A stretch of DNA of 63,857 bases, filler included, from Octopus bimaculoides (taxonomy: Eukaryota): NCBI RefSeq assembly GCF_001194135.2. It is 7 parts of 6 records of this genome, joined end to end, with 100 filler letters (N's around TTAATTAATTAA, not from the genome) between each part and the next. Parts side by side here need not be neighbours in the genome. Positions count along the whole stretch, not along the records: positions 33,418 to 58,630 come from NC_068981.1; positions 58,731 to 60,546 come from NW_026420263.1; positions 60,647 to 62,060 come from NW_026306832.1; positions 62,161 to 63,857 come from NC_068982.1; 3 more parts are not named here. One strand, 5' to 3'. The stretch's first letter is position 1; each line of letters opens with the position of its first letter. Both the position numbers and the translations under genes were made by a program. This document shows, one piece after another, positions 51,940 to 63,857 of this stretch. The notes under the pieces are model-generated. The model saw nothing but the letters and a program-made list of their open reading frames with translations. It made no database searches and was not told the DNA's origin.

Positions 51940-52439
51940 AAATTAATCAAAGGATATACTAAGTATGTCAACCTGCTGGAAATAACAGTCAAAACTCTTA
52001 TTCAAATCGCGGAAAAAACTGATCATAATTACCGAGATCAACCGTCTGCGAGCAAACAAGCTAACACAATCTCTCAACATACATTGAAGTGGACCAGTTT
52101 CTGGACTGGCATTATATGTGTTGAAGCGTTGAGTAGAGCACTGGCATGGTTTAGGCTACCTGGTGTCATCTGTAGTTGGGGTATATTTCCTTTGGATCTA
52201 GTTCAGAAATTCCGAAGTGTTAGTTGCGATAATAATAAGGCTATAAATGCCAGTCCAGAAACCGGTCCACATGAGTCCAAATACTTGAACGTATGTTGAG
52301 AGATTGTCTTAGCCCGTTTGCCCGCAGACGGTTCATTTCTGTAGTTATCATCAGTTTTTTTTTTTTCAGTAATTTAAATAAGAGTTTTGACTGTTATTTG
52401 CAGCAGGTAGACATACTTATTATGTCCTTTGATTAATTT
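51940..52439. repeat. Foldback element: ~180-200-bp inverted arms around a ~125-bp spacer
   Basis: 51940-52116 is the imperfect reverse complement of 52242-52439 (e.g. aaccgtctgcg.gcaaac..gctaa.acaatctctcaacatac; ggacc.gtttctggactggcatt). Confidence 0.85.
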
Positions 52440-52750
52440 ATATATATATATATATNNNNNNNNNNNNNNNNNNNNNNNNNNNNNNNNNNNNNNNNNNNNN
52501 NNNNNNNNNNNNNNNNNNNNNNNNNNNNNNNNNNNNNNNNNNNNNNNNNNNNNNNNNNNNNNNNNNNNNNNNNNNNNNNNNNNNNNNNNNNNNNNNNNNN
52601 NNNNNNNNNNNNNNNNNNNNNNNNNNNNNNNNNNNNNNNNNNNNNNNNNNNNNNNNNNNNNNNNNNNNNNNNNNNNNNNNNNNNNNNNNNNNNNNNNNNN
52701 NNNNNNNNNNNNNNNNNNNNNNNNNNNNNNNNNACACATACATACATACA

Positions 52751-52783
<33 letters not shown>

Positions 52784-53956
52784 TTGCCACTTAAATGCGG
52801 CTAAACCCTAAGGGTGAGTGTTACTGTTGCTTTTAGCCCCAGGTGAACATCTCCTCCAGCTGACTATTGACACACATCTGTGTCCTTCTGTATTTGCAAA
52901 GGGAAGTCATCCTTCCCATCTTGATCTGTGATACGTACGGACTCGAGGACTTTTGCAACATCATGTACCCAGATATGTATCTATATGTACATGTAGATGA
53001 AGGTATGTACATACATGTACATATATATGCATATACTCATATATTGTTTATATATATATATATATATATATATATGTTTGTATGTATGTATGTATATTAA
53101 TGTTAGTGATGCACTACCACCTTGGTGGAGAAGAGGAAGAAAATGATGTGTTAGCTGGTTGTGTGCTATGATCCATTTTGTGTTTCGTGTTAGGAAATTT
53201 TTTGTTATTGTCTCTTCTGTTCTATAACAGATATGCACTCATATAATGCACTCTGTTTATGATATGTGTGTTTTGGGTAGGAAATTATATAACGTATTAG
53301 TTGCATTGTGTTTCTGTTTATATTTATCAGTTGCCTGGTCGACTGATTTTTTATAAATATCCGTTATTAATTAGCGTTTGTTGTAATCTGTGTGGTCTTA
53401 AGGCATAGTAGAGGAATGGAGCAATTTCTGTCACAATCACGAAGCCACGTGTTCGATCCTACTGAGTGGCACCACGGTCATCGATATCTTCTTCGTGTGT
53501 AAAATTGGGAATAAGAAAACTGCTTCGAAGACCGTTATATACACTTTATCAAAGTGTCAGCCTTGTCATACACTGACACATCCATTGTCACCGAGAAGTA
53601 CGCTAGGTTAACTCAAGGTAACAATGTATATCTGCAGTATTGTCGGCCAAGTACATGCTAATTCAATGAAAAAATTCTTCGTTTGATCGAAAAATCGGTA
53701 TACTTATTCCCAAGATTGATACAGTTACATTTTTGACACTTTTATAAGCTAATGTTGATACAATAGATTGACACCATATGTCACAGGCTAACTGAATACA
53801 GTGCGTACGTGTTGATTTGATGTTCTATATTATACAAATAAAAGCTAACATCAACTAGAAGCCGATATTGTGGATACAGTTATGTAATTTTATGTTCAGT
53901 TTTCATTAATTTCTACATAATCGTGTATTGAGAAAATATCATTGAGAAAACTATAT

Positions 53957-53990
<34 letters not shown>

Positions 53991-54884
53991 NNNNNNNNNN
54001 NNNNNNNNNNNNNNNNNNNNNNNNNNNNNNNNNNNNNNNNNNNNNNNNNNNNNNNNNNNNNNNNNNNNNNNNNNNNNNNNNNNNNNNNNNNNNNNNNNNN
54101 NNNNNNNNNNNNNNNNNNNNNNNNNNNNNNNNNNNNNNNNNNNNNNNNNNNNNNNNNNNNNNNNNNNNNNNNNNNNNNNNNNNNNNNNNNNNNNNNNNNN
54201 NNNNNNNNNNNNNNNNNNNNNNNNNNNNNNNNNNNNNNNNNNNNNNNNNNNNNNNNNNNNNNNNNNNNNNNNNNNNNNNNNNNNNNNNNNNNNNNNNNNN
54301 NNNNNNNNNNNNNNNNNNNNNNNNNNNNNNNNNNNNNNNNNNNNNNNNNNNNNNNNNNNNNNNNNNNNNNNNNNNNNNNNNNNNNNNNNNNNNNNNNNNN
54401 NNNNNNNNNNNNNNNNNNNNNNNNNNNNNNNNNNNNNNNNNNNNNNNNNNNNNNNNNNNNNNNNNNNNNNNNNNNNNNNNNNNNNNNNNNNNNNNNNNNN
54501 NNNNNNNNNNNNNNNNNNNNNNNNNNNNNNNNNNNNNNNNNNNNNNNNNNNNNNNNNNNNNNNNNNNNNNNNNNNNNNNNNNNNNNNNNNNNNNNNNNNN
54601 NNNNNNNNNNNNNNNNNNNNNNNNNNNNNNNNNNNNNNNNNNNNNNNNNNNNNNNNNNNNNNNNNNNNNNNNNNNNNNNNNNNNNNNNNNNNNNNNNNNN
54701 NNNNNNNNNNNNNNNNNNNNNNNNNNNNNNNNNNNNNNNNNNNNNNTATATATATATATATATATATACGTATATATATATACATATATATATACTGCGA
54801 TGGCATCTATATACGTTTTGTCTATCAACTTATTTATGATCTCTAGTCTGTCTGTCACCCTTCTCTCTTCCCCCTCTCTCTCTT

Positions 54885-54934
<50 letters not shown>

Positions 54935-55806
54935 TCCCTTCATTTGACAAACCACACTGCGTCAATAAAGTCGACAGTTTGTTTATATCTATCCAGTCGA
55001 CATCTATTTTATTTCTTTTTTTATATAATAAAAACAACACGAATGCAGGAGAAAAAAAAAGCACATCACATAACAGAATTCCGAACTCAGTTGACAACTC
55101 AGTCTCCAGTTTGTTATTTCGTTCTCAAGAATGTACGGCGCCCCTTCACCATGTTCTCCAGATGCCGCCACCGTTACCAACGATACTATACTTCTGCTGT
55201 CGCTGCTGGTACTGTTGATGTTGTTGTTGTTCTTGTTTTTGTTGTCGTGGTCGTCGTTGTTGTTGCTTCTGTTATCAGGTTAGATGAACCAAGATGTGTC
55301 CATGGCATTAACCTATTAAACGGTAAAAAAAAGTGACACAATTAATTAACACAATCAAATTACTAGAAAATGTTTACCTCGAAAATTACCCGAACCAGCT
55401 GATATATACAAACAACATTTGTTATTTTTTAATGTCTGCCACAAACCATTTTCTCATTGCTAATCAGAGAAGCATCTCTGTGTAAACGACAGTTGAGCAA
55501 GCCAACGCGAGAGAGAAGACAGAAGGGTGGCAAAAGGAGAGGGCATGGTGAATGGGAAGTAACATAACAGGTTATGTGATAGGACAGCTTACTGCAGAGA
55601 TCAGTATCACGGCTTCGTTATGTATAGACTCTTAACTGAACATAGCTTTATTGTGTTTAATTAAATAAATAGATTATTGGTATGTGTACCACAGTTAAAC
55701 CGCCATTTTCAACATTGCATGACTATATGTTTCATAAAAGTAAATGTGTGTCTACACGTGTGCGTGTGTAAATTTTATATACATATAAATATACATACAT
55801 ACACAA

Positions 55807-55870
<64 letters not shown>

Positions 55871-56401
55871 TCATATATGTACATATATGTGTTTGAGCAT
55901 TTGTGTGTACGGGTGCATATATGATTATGTATATATTCATGTATATAATATAAATGCCAACTGCAATTTATATATAAAATTATATTTATACATGCATATA
56001 TATGTGTGTGAGTGTGTGTTTTTTTTGTGTGTGTATGCGCATATATGTATGTATGTATGCATGTATGTATATATGTATGCATGTATGTATGTATGTATAT
56101 ATGTATGTATGCTTCTACAAATGTTATAGTAGATTAATAGATAGCCATGTACTTCATAGTGAACATCTGAATTCATTTCAAACCGAGGTAATTCTCAATA
56201 TGGCATTCAAAATAAATTGAATTAATTGGGGATGTGGCAACAATGTCTATGTGAATAAAACAGTAGAAAATAAGTGAGTTTCGAAGATATCAAACAGAGA
56301 AGCTGTGTGTATAGTATATATATATGTATGTAAGTTAATCACGTGTGTATGTGTATCTATAAATATGTGCACGCACACACATATATGCATATGTGAATGT
56401 A

Positions 56402-56456
<55 letters not shown>

Positions 56457-56614
56457 ATACGTCCAAAATAAATATGTAGATAAATATCTTAGTATAAGTG
56501 TCTCTAAGTGTGTCAACATAATTATGTTGTGTAAACATGGGAATGGTGCCAGAGCTGATAATCTGTGATGTGGGTTCAATTCTTAATTGAGCCATTTTAT
56601 ATTTTCTTCTAAAC

Positions 56615-56937
56615 CAGTGGTTCTCAACCGGGGTCCATATATGACTTTTGAGGCTCCACGCTAGTAAAATAGTAAATTTGGGGTCCGCAGTAATAGTTTA
56701 AGGGTTCGTAAAAAGTTTTGATTTAAATGTATGTATTGCAAAAAAAAAATAGCTAGATTTCTTTTCCAAACGTTTTACGTAGTTCAATCTATACAAGTGA
56801 ATGAGAGACTAACAAAATAAGAATTTTGAAAAAGTATCTATAAAATTAGTTTTTAAGCGTCAAATGGCTATGGGAGTTCACCAGAATAAAATAGTAAGCA
56901 AAGGGGTCCGTAAGTAAAAAGTGGTTGAGAACCATTC
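56615..56937. mobile_element. hAT-type MITE
   Basis: TIRs CAGTGGTTCTCAACC / GGTTGAGAACCATTC; 8-bp TSD TTCTAAAC / TTCGAAAC. Confidence 0.85.
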
Positions 56938-57971
56938 TTCGAAACTGTTAAGCTGTTACAAGTGCAATTGATTCGCCTATTTATGCACTTTTTGTCACCC
57001 ATAACTTGTTTCACTATATGAGACATTCTTTTCTAGTTTGGAAAATGCAAGCCTCTTGAACATTAAACCTATGTTTTTCATCTCTACCCTATAGGCATCA
57101 AACAGTAAGATGTGACACTGAGCCTCGGCAGCATCCACATTGCGAGCCTGGGAAGTATATGGGAGTCATACTTATAATTAAAATTATATATGTCCAACTT
57201 TAGCGTGCCTATAACAGACATAAAATTTAGGAAGGATTGTAGGTCAAAGAAATCGAATCCAGTGTTTGATTGCTACTTACGTTATCGACTCCCATATGGA
57301 CACAAATCAAACATGACTCTAGTGAAATTTTACATTTGAATATAAAACAGGTAACTAAATACTGTTCTTTAATATACCGTAGTTGATGGCTTAAAAGACG
57401 CACGAGGATATTAAATGCACCCTTATTTCAGTAGCGTATATTCAGGAAACAATCTTTTTAGTATATTAAAGCATGAAATATAGACTCAACTTCGCATGTA
57501 GGACGCGGGTTGGTTTACTGAGTAGAACGTGCGTCATATATGCCATCAAATACGATACGTTTAAATCCATACGTTTAGTGGGAGAATGTACTGGATTAGA
57601 TGAACTGTAGCACTTTCTTGACACCTACTATATCAACCACCAGAAGCTGCAAAACAAAACTCACTGATATTTACAATCAGATCGTGAAAGGATGTGACTA
57701 AGAACTGCAAGCTGTTTTGTTCCTTTCACTCATTACGCCATCGTGTTATAGATATTTAAATGCGAAGCGAGCTGTTATTCCTAACCGTTGTCATTAATTG
57801 AAAGACTGATGTTTACAAATAAGTTCTGGTTATAGTATTTATGGAATTTGATCCAGGAAGTCATTATGATTTTTAGAACTTTCAATTTAGAAAAACACGC
57901 CGAGGGCTGAAGTGATGAGACGGTAACCACCCCCACCATCACCCGACCACCCATTCCCATCCTAAGCTAAA

Positions 57972-58190
57972 ATGGAGGTAAGCGATCTTGCCACCAAGAT
58001 TGTTTGGGTCCACGAGATGTCATTCTGAAATGCCATAATACATCTAACTGTAACTATAACAGTAACCATCAGTTAACTGTGACCACCACAGGCTAGAAGT
58101 TTCCCACTGATGCAAGCCATAGTGTCATCATTAAATTAATTAACTTCGTTAGGTTGCCATGCTGCATTCAAGTTCTGTTGCATTAGCTTG
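57972..58190 (+). CDS. Candidate first two coding exons (57972-57977, 58153-58190) of an unidentified gene
   Basis: aaaATG GAG|GTAAGC ... cttcgttAG|GTT GCC ATG...GCT TG|GTGAGT; both donors are near consensus; reads MEVAMLHSSSVALA. No downstream exon found. Confidence 0.25.
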
Positions 58191-58545
58191 GTGAGTACTG
58201 GGCGCTGTAGAGCAGACTCAAATCAAAATAGTACTACATACAAAGGAAATTTGCATAAGTTCTAATGATTATGTTGTGACCACATACCTATAAGATTGCC
58301 AAAATTATAGTTATTGAACATTTATAAAAAAAAAAAATAATACAAGCGTAAACACCTTAGAGTACTGTACCTATATCATAGACAATGCTGCTGCGACGCA
58401 CACAGACCACGTAGACTTCACTTCACCAAAACTCGCAAAAATTAATGCGAGTGAAAAACAAAATTCAACAACACACGCGCGGGCGTGCATATTTATACGT
58501 TTCAGTTATGCGGCTGCGGTCATGGTGGAGCACTACCATTATATG

Positions 58546-58630
<85 letters not shown>

Positions 58631-58984
58631 NNNNNNNNNNNNNNNNNNNNNNNNNNNNNNNNNNNNNNNNNNNNTTAATTAATTAANNNNNNNNNNNNNN
58701 NNNNNNNNNNNNNNNNNNNNNNNNNNNNNNTATATATATATGTATGTATTTATAATATTGTATAAAAACAGATGACGATGGTGATGGTGATGGTGATGGT
58801 GATGATGATGATACATACAATCATACATAGATAAAAAGATTTGTACAAATTTATTACATATCAAAAGAAAAAAAAATCTAAATTTTTCAATGAAAATCTA
58901 TGAAGTGATCCTGAATACAAAATTGCTGCATTTCTGGATGAGTAAAACAGAATAGATACCCACAGATTTTACGTAATAATAGTG

Positions 58985-59282
58985 ATGGACTCACCTGTCG
59001 AAGAACGTGTATGAACATTCAGCTTTTTGCCGATTGACCTGTACGAATGGTTCGTTTATTGTGATCAGATGTTTGTGTCACACAATAGCTCACTCCTTCC
59101 ATCAAATCGATGCAGTTTGAACAGATGCACTGTGTGCCATGCGTCAGATGTCGAAGTGATCACAGAAGAAGGTGAGACAGAGTGTTTCGCTCAAGAACAC
59201 AATACATCGCCCAGTCTAGGAATTGAAATCATGATCTCGTGATTGTGAGCGCAACACCCTAACCACTAGGCCATGCACCTTA
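58985..59282 (-). mobile_element. tRNA-head SINE with a different tail
   Basis: Minus strand aggtgcatggcctagtggttagggtgttg...tttcaattcc...tgtgttcttgagcgaaacact. Confidence 0.7.
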
Positions 59283-59295
59283 ACAACAACAACAC

Positions 59296-59612
59296 CAATA
59301 TGGCAACCTGCGAATTGAGATCGCTAAGATGTGACAGCTTTGAGAGTTGAACATAAAGGTTGTCCCTATTGTCATCGGAGCATTGGGGGGTTCAATACCA
59401 CCCAATCCGAAAAAACATCTGGAAACTTGAGAAATACCCTGCAATCTTGGTGTATTGCAAAAGTCGGCATTACTTGGAACTGCACATATATTGCATAAAG
59501 CAGTCGGTCTGTCTGAGGCCCTTGTTGTGACTTGACAAAACAATACAAAAGCCCCCGGTAGAGACAATATCTTCAGTCAACAACCTCACAGTATTGGATA
59601 CTGTGAGACGTT
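59296..59612 (+). mobile_element. 5'-truncated R4/Dong-like LINE
   Basis: QYGNLRIEIAKM..KVVPIVIGALG..LGVLQKSALLGTAHIL; preceded by (AAC)n and followed by (TAA/CAA)n. Confidence 0.85.
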
Positions 59613-59659
59613 TATAACAATAATAATAATAATAACAACAACAACAATAATAATAACGA

Positions 59660-60100
59660 ACATTGAAAATGTTAATGCAAAGATCGTATGGGATTATATG
59701 ATTCAGTGCGACCATGAGAGAGGGAATAGGAAACCAGACATAGTGTGAATTGAGAAAGAAAACAAACGATGCTAGATCATAGATATAGCATGTCCAGCTG
59801 ATAACAAGGTATGCGATAAGGAAGAAAGAAAAGTCGATAGATATGACAGGTTAGCTTGGGACATTAAGCAGTTGTGGTCGATGGAAAAGGTGGCAGTAGT
59901 GCCAATAATTGTTGGAGCCCTGGGAACAGCGAGTAAAAATCTCGAGAAATACATGGAACAAATAGAGGCTGCAATAAGGGTGGAGCACTTGCAGAAAACA
60001 GCACTGCTTGGAACTGCTCGAATACTCCAGATGGGGCTTGAAAAGTAAGGAGTGTTACCTTAGTTCACTGGTGTGGCTACACTCAAGTTAAGAACCACTC
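59660..60100 (+). mobile_element. 5'-truncated R4/Dong-like LINE, tandem to the previous one
   Basis: ENVNAKIVWDYMIQCDH..RKPDIV.IEKENKRC.IIDIACPAD..VVPIIVGALG..LQKTALLGTARIL. Confidence 0.9.
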
Positions 60101-60377
60101 CTTGTGGAGGGTGGTGGTAATGGTGGTGGGTGGTGAGTTGAGAGAGTGCAGCAAACTTTAGGAGTTCTGGCCCCTTCTCTGCTCCCCCATCCCCACCACT
60201 GCTGGGAATAGTTTACTAGAAAAAGGGGGAAAGTGAGAAAAGTAAAACAATAAAGAGAGAAAGAGAGAGGGGGGGGATACGTTGTTCCCTTAAGATGATG
60301 CTCTGCCGGACTGCATGTGTAGAATGACACAAGTTGTATTTAGAGGTCAGCTTACTGCTGTCTTTGAAGAAGTTGCA

Positions 60378-60546
60378 CCACCACCAACACCACCACCACC
60401 AACACCACCACCACCACCGCTACCGCTGCTGCTACTACAACTAGTAACACTACAACTACTACTACTACAACTGTAACAATAGCCATTACCACTACTATTA
60501 CTACTACTACTACTACTACTGCTACTGCTGCTGCTGCTGCTGCTGC
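60378..60546. repeat. Mosaic trinucleotide repeat (ACC/ACT/GCT)n
   Basis: Direct observation. Confidence 0.9.
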
Positions 60547-61100
60547 NNNNNNNNNNNNNNNNNNNNNNNNNNNNNNNNNNNNNNNNNNNNTTAATTAATT
60601 AANNNNNNNNNNNNNNNNNNNNNNNNNNNNNNNNNNNNNNNNNNNNATGTATGTTCGTATATATATATATATATATATAACAAGAACAAAAATGGAGAGA
60701 GTCACACTTATATTGATGATAATGTTTGAATATTTCGATAGTAAATAACACCATCAATTATAATTTTGCTCTTCCTATACTCTAATAAGCATAATTTTCT
60801 CTCTTTTGTTCTTTTTTAGCACATATTAATACGTAGATAACCAAATGCCGTGACATAGTATTTCTATGTTAATTTTTTCTTCTTTTCATGCCTACTGACG
60901 TCATCATAAGTTTACAAACTAAACTGGCATTTCTTACAATATTAGACTGGTTCTTAACGGTCTTTTTATATGAGATAGCTTCTGATTTCACAATGAATTT
61001 AGCCCGTTTTCAATTACCTTCATAACGTTATGTTAGCAATATTTTCGGTGGTATTTCGGACATTTTCCCTATATCTAAATATGTTGGCACGGCAGAAACG

Positions 61101-61143
<43 letters not shown>

Positions 61144-63289
61144 AAAGTACGTGCATTGTTAACAAATGTTTTTTACCGGCGTCGTATCGACGGATAACGC
61201 ACAAGTTAATATAATAGCATATAAAAACAAACTTTTATGAAAAGAACTGCACCAAGAATGCGAAGTAGGGATTATTTCACGAAGTATTTTCAGGAATGTC
61301 TTTCTTCCATTTTAAAGATTAACCAATCTGATAATTCCAATCTTCACTAAGATTGCACCACATCTTGGCTAGAATATGTAAGATCTTATTCATTAAACGT
61401 TCTCCGGAATAATTGAAATTGAGTGAAGTAGATTTAGTAAAGTATTAGCGTTAGTAAAACTACTTCCGACTGTGTAAATCGTTAGGGATTAGTTTCCGGT
61501 TAGATTTAATTACATTAATTCAACAAAGAGCACGTAAGACGCCATAATAGGCTTGTATGTAACACGTTTGATTCACAAACCTGTGCACTCGGTACCTTAA
61601 AACGGAAACAGCTGTAAGCTAATGAATGTTAATTACGTAACTGCACTTCACCTGTTATTCACTTATTAATTAACAGGACGCCCGGTAATGATCCGCTCGT
61701 TCATATAAGAGTTTGGAGTGTAGCATATCGTAGAATTGAAACCCCCTCGCCGTCGCAGCTCATCAAAACTGGTAACATTGTCAGTTATATGTATAGATAT
61801 ATTAAGTCATAACAAGTGGTTATTAGGCACTACTACTATGGCAAATATATATGCCATTATGTATGTTTGTATGTATGTATGTATGTATGTATGCATGCAT
61901 GCATCTATCTATCTATATTCTAAGAATAAAAAGAAAAAAAGAAGAACAAGAACAAGAACAACAATAACAAGACGAAGAAAGAGAAGAAAAAAGTGGAAGA
62001 AGAAGGAAAAGAACTACAATAAAAAGACGAAGAAAGAGAAGAAGAAGAAGAAGAAGAAGANNNNNNNNNNNNNNNNNNNNNNNNNNNNNNNNNNNNNNNN
62101 NNNNTTAATTAATTAANNNNNNNNNNNNNNNNNNNNNNNNNNNNNNNNNNNNNNNNNNNNATGTAGTTGGCACTTAATGTATATCGGCTGAATGGACGTC
62201 AGAAATATGACAACTTTAACATGGAATAATTTATGGATTTCTTTTTTTTTTAAGAAGACTAAGAGAAAAAGATGTTTTATATGACACATTCTACCAGTGT
62301 TCCAAGTTTCAAAGTGTTTCGTTAATGAAAAATGTGGCCCCCGTTTTAAAAAAGATCCCACACTGCTGATCACAATGTGCTTCCTCACATTGTTTTAGCT
62401 TTCAAATGATGCCAGGCCATGGCTAGGTGGACAGGCCAATGTTACCCAGCAAAGAATGCCAGCCTGTCACAGATTTACCCATTTACAGTTTGTATGTGTG
62501 TAAATGGGTTTATGTATGGATACCTATATGCATACAGATATAAGTTTCTGAGGCAAAAGTAAAAGATACCTTGCTGAGGTGTTGCACAGGGAGATTGAAC
62601 TTTGAACCAGGTGGTTTGGGAAAGGAAATTTTAAACCAAATATGATTAAATTACACAGCAGCCATACAAGTTTAAATTACACTGTCATTCATTCTTATGT
62701 TGAGACCCATTGACAACAACTCACACATAAATGTATATTAAAATGCGTCAGAGATCTCCCTACTGACGTGACCCATTGCTTCTCCATCCACTTAACATAC
62801 AAATATACCATTACTCACTGAACAAAGTAGCTTTGCTATACTGCAAATGGGGGGTATCAAACAAAACAAAATTGATAATATATATAAATGTATGCAGGTT
62901 TCATTGAAGAAAGATAAAAAGAAGGGAGGGAAAGAGAGTCATGCGTGATTATGTGTGTCTATGAAGGAAATAAAGTAGGGAGAAAGAAACACTGAGAGAA
63001 ACAGAAAACTAGTTGAAGACAGAAAGGAAATTTGAGAAGAGAGGCAGCAACAGGACTTAATAAAATAGCTATTCAGTGATAAAAATTCAAGCCTAGTTAC
63101 ATACATATATCTACCATATAAGTAAAATTTATCTTTATGTAATAGTGCTAGAAGGAGAAAAGTTTATCAAATTGTGCTGAAATGGCATAAAGTTCCTTTA
63201 TTTATATGAAGCCACATAAGTCTACATACAAATATGCCATAATAAAGTTTATAGTAGCTTTACTTTAGAGTCAGAGCTAGACAAACACA

Positions 63290-63540
63290 GAAGCAACAGA
63301 CAATATGAAGAAGGAAGATATGGAAACTAAAGGATCTTGCAGTTGGGAATAGGTTTAGAGAAATTCTAATTGACGCATATCACTGTGGAGAGAAAGATTT
63401 AGATACCTGTAGCATATATGACAAATGGGAATTTCAGTGAAATAATCTGCTTAAGGCTACAGCTCAGACATGTAGCTGAAGCAAAGTCCTAGCCAAGTAA
63501 AAGTAAAAACGGAGGTGGAATGGTAAGGTTGATAGGGCAC
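63290..63540 (+). mobile_element. RTE-like LINE fragment (APE-RT linker)
   Basis: RRKIWKLKD...FRE...W...LKATAQTC...RWNGKVDRA. Confidence 0.5.
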
Positions 63541-63542
63541 AT

Positions 63543-63850
63543 TATTATGTGTGGGGTGCAGTTGAGCGAGAGACCAACAAAACTCCTTGAAACACCAAAG
63601 ATGAACTGAAGGCAAGGATTATGGCAGCATTCACCGACTCAAAGAAGAAAATTGTCTAGAAAAGTTGCAGAACATTCTGAAGTCATCAAGTGGCTGTAGT
63701 TGAAACCAATGGCGATTTTAGTGAATAAATTTCCTCGTTAGTATTTCAAGATATTTTTATGTAACTGATAAATGTATGTGTTAAAATGAGATGTCAGTGT
63801 TATTTTCATTTTGGCGTAATTTAGACGACAGTTTATTCACTGCACCTTGT
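63543..63850 (+). mobile_element. 3' end of a Tc1/mariner (DD37D/maT-like) element
   Basis: YYVWGAVERETNKTP.NTKDELKARIMAAF...VVETNGDFSE*; ends in a CACCTTG TIR remnant plus TA. Confidence 0.75.
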
Positions 63851-63857
63851 ATATGCG

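Noticed and set aside
55132-55283. Short ORF with a long hydrophobic stretch
   Set aside because: The hydrophobicity derives from a (GTT)n-like microsatellite.
36531-55336. ORFs spanning N gaps (e.g. 36531-37346, 47627-48398, 53942-55336)
   Set aside because: Their length comes from undetermined bases.

Overview
AT-rich, microsatellite-dense animal genomic scaffold with many N gaps; it is not prokaryotic. The SINE families (tRNA-head/CORE-type SINEs, a SINE with an internal microsatellite) and the repeat landscape point to an octopod cephalopod, probably Octopus (inference). There is no intact long ORF, and nearly all ORFs in the supplied track are microsatellite or N-gap artefacts. The window is mostly decayed mobile DNA: mariner/Tc1 relics, a near-full-length hAT-like transposase, hAT and mariner MITEs, RTE, CR1, Tx1 and R4/Dong-like LINE fragments, Penelope-type ends with hammerhead-ribozyme-like motifs, a probable Polinton/Maverick capsid-module relic and many SINEs. 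The most unusual structures are (1) a ~6.7 kb array of ~2.1 kb units whose CT-rich and GA-rich arms alternate strand polarity at conserved junctions, (2) a hammerhead-like motif with an unusually large stem II insertion beside a nested inverted-repeat/foldback cluster at 51.4-52.4 kb, and (3) the Polinton relic. Host-gene evidence is limited to two low-confidence, phase-compatible exon chains (0.96-2.7 kb and 57.97-58.19 kb). All family assignments come from manual translation and recalled motifs; no database search was run.
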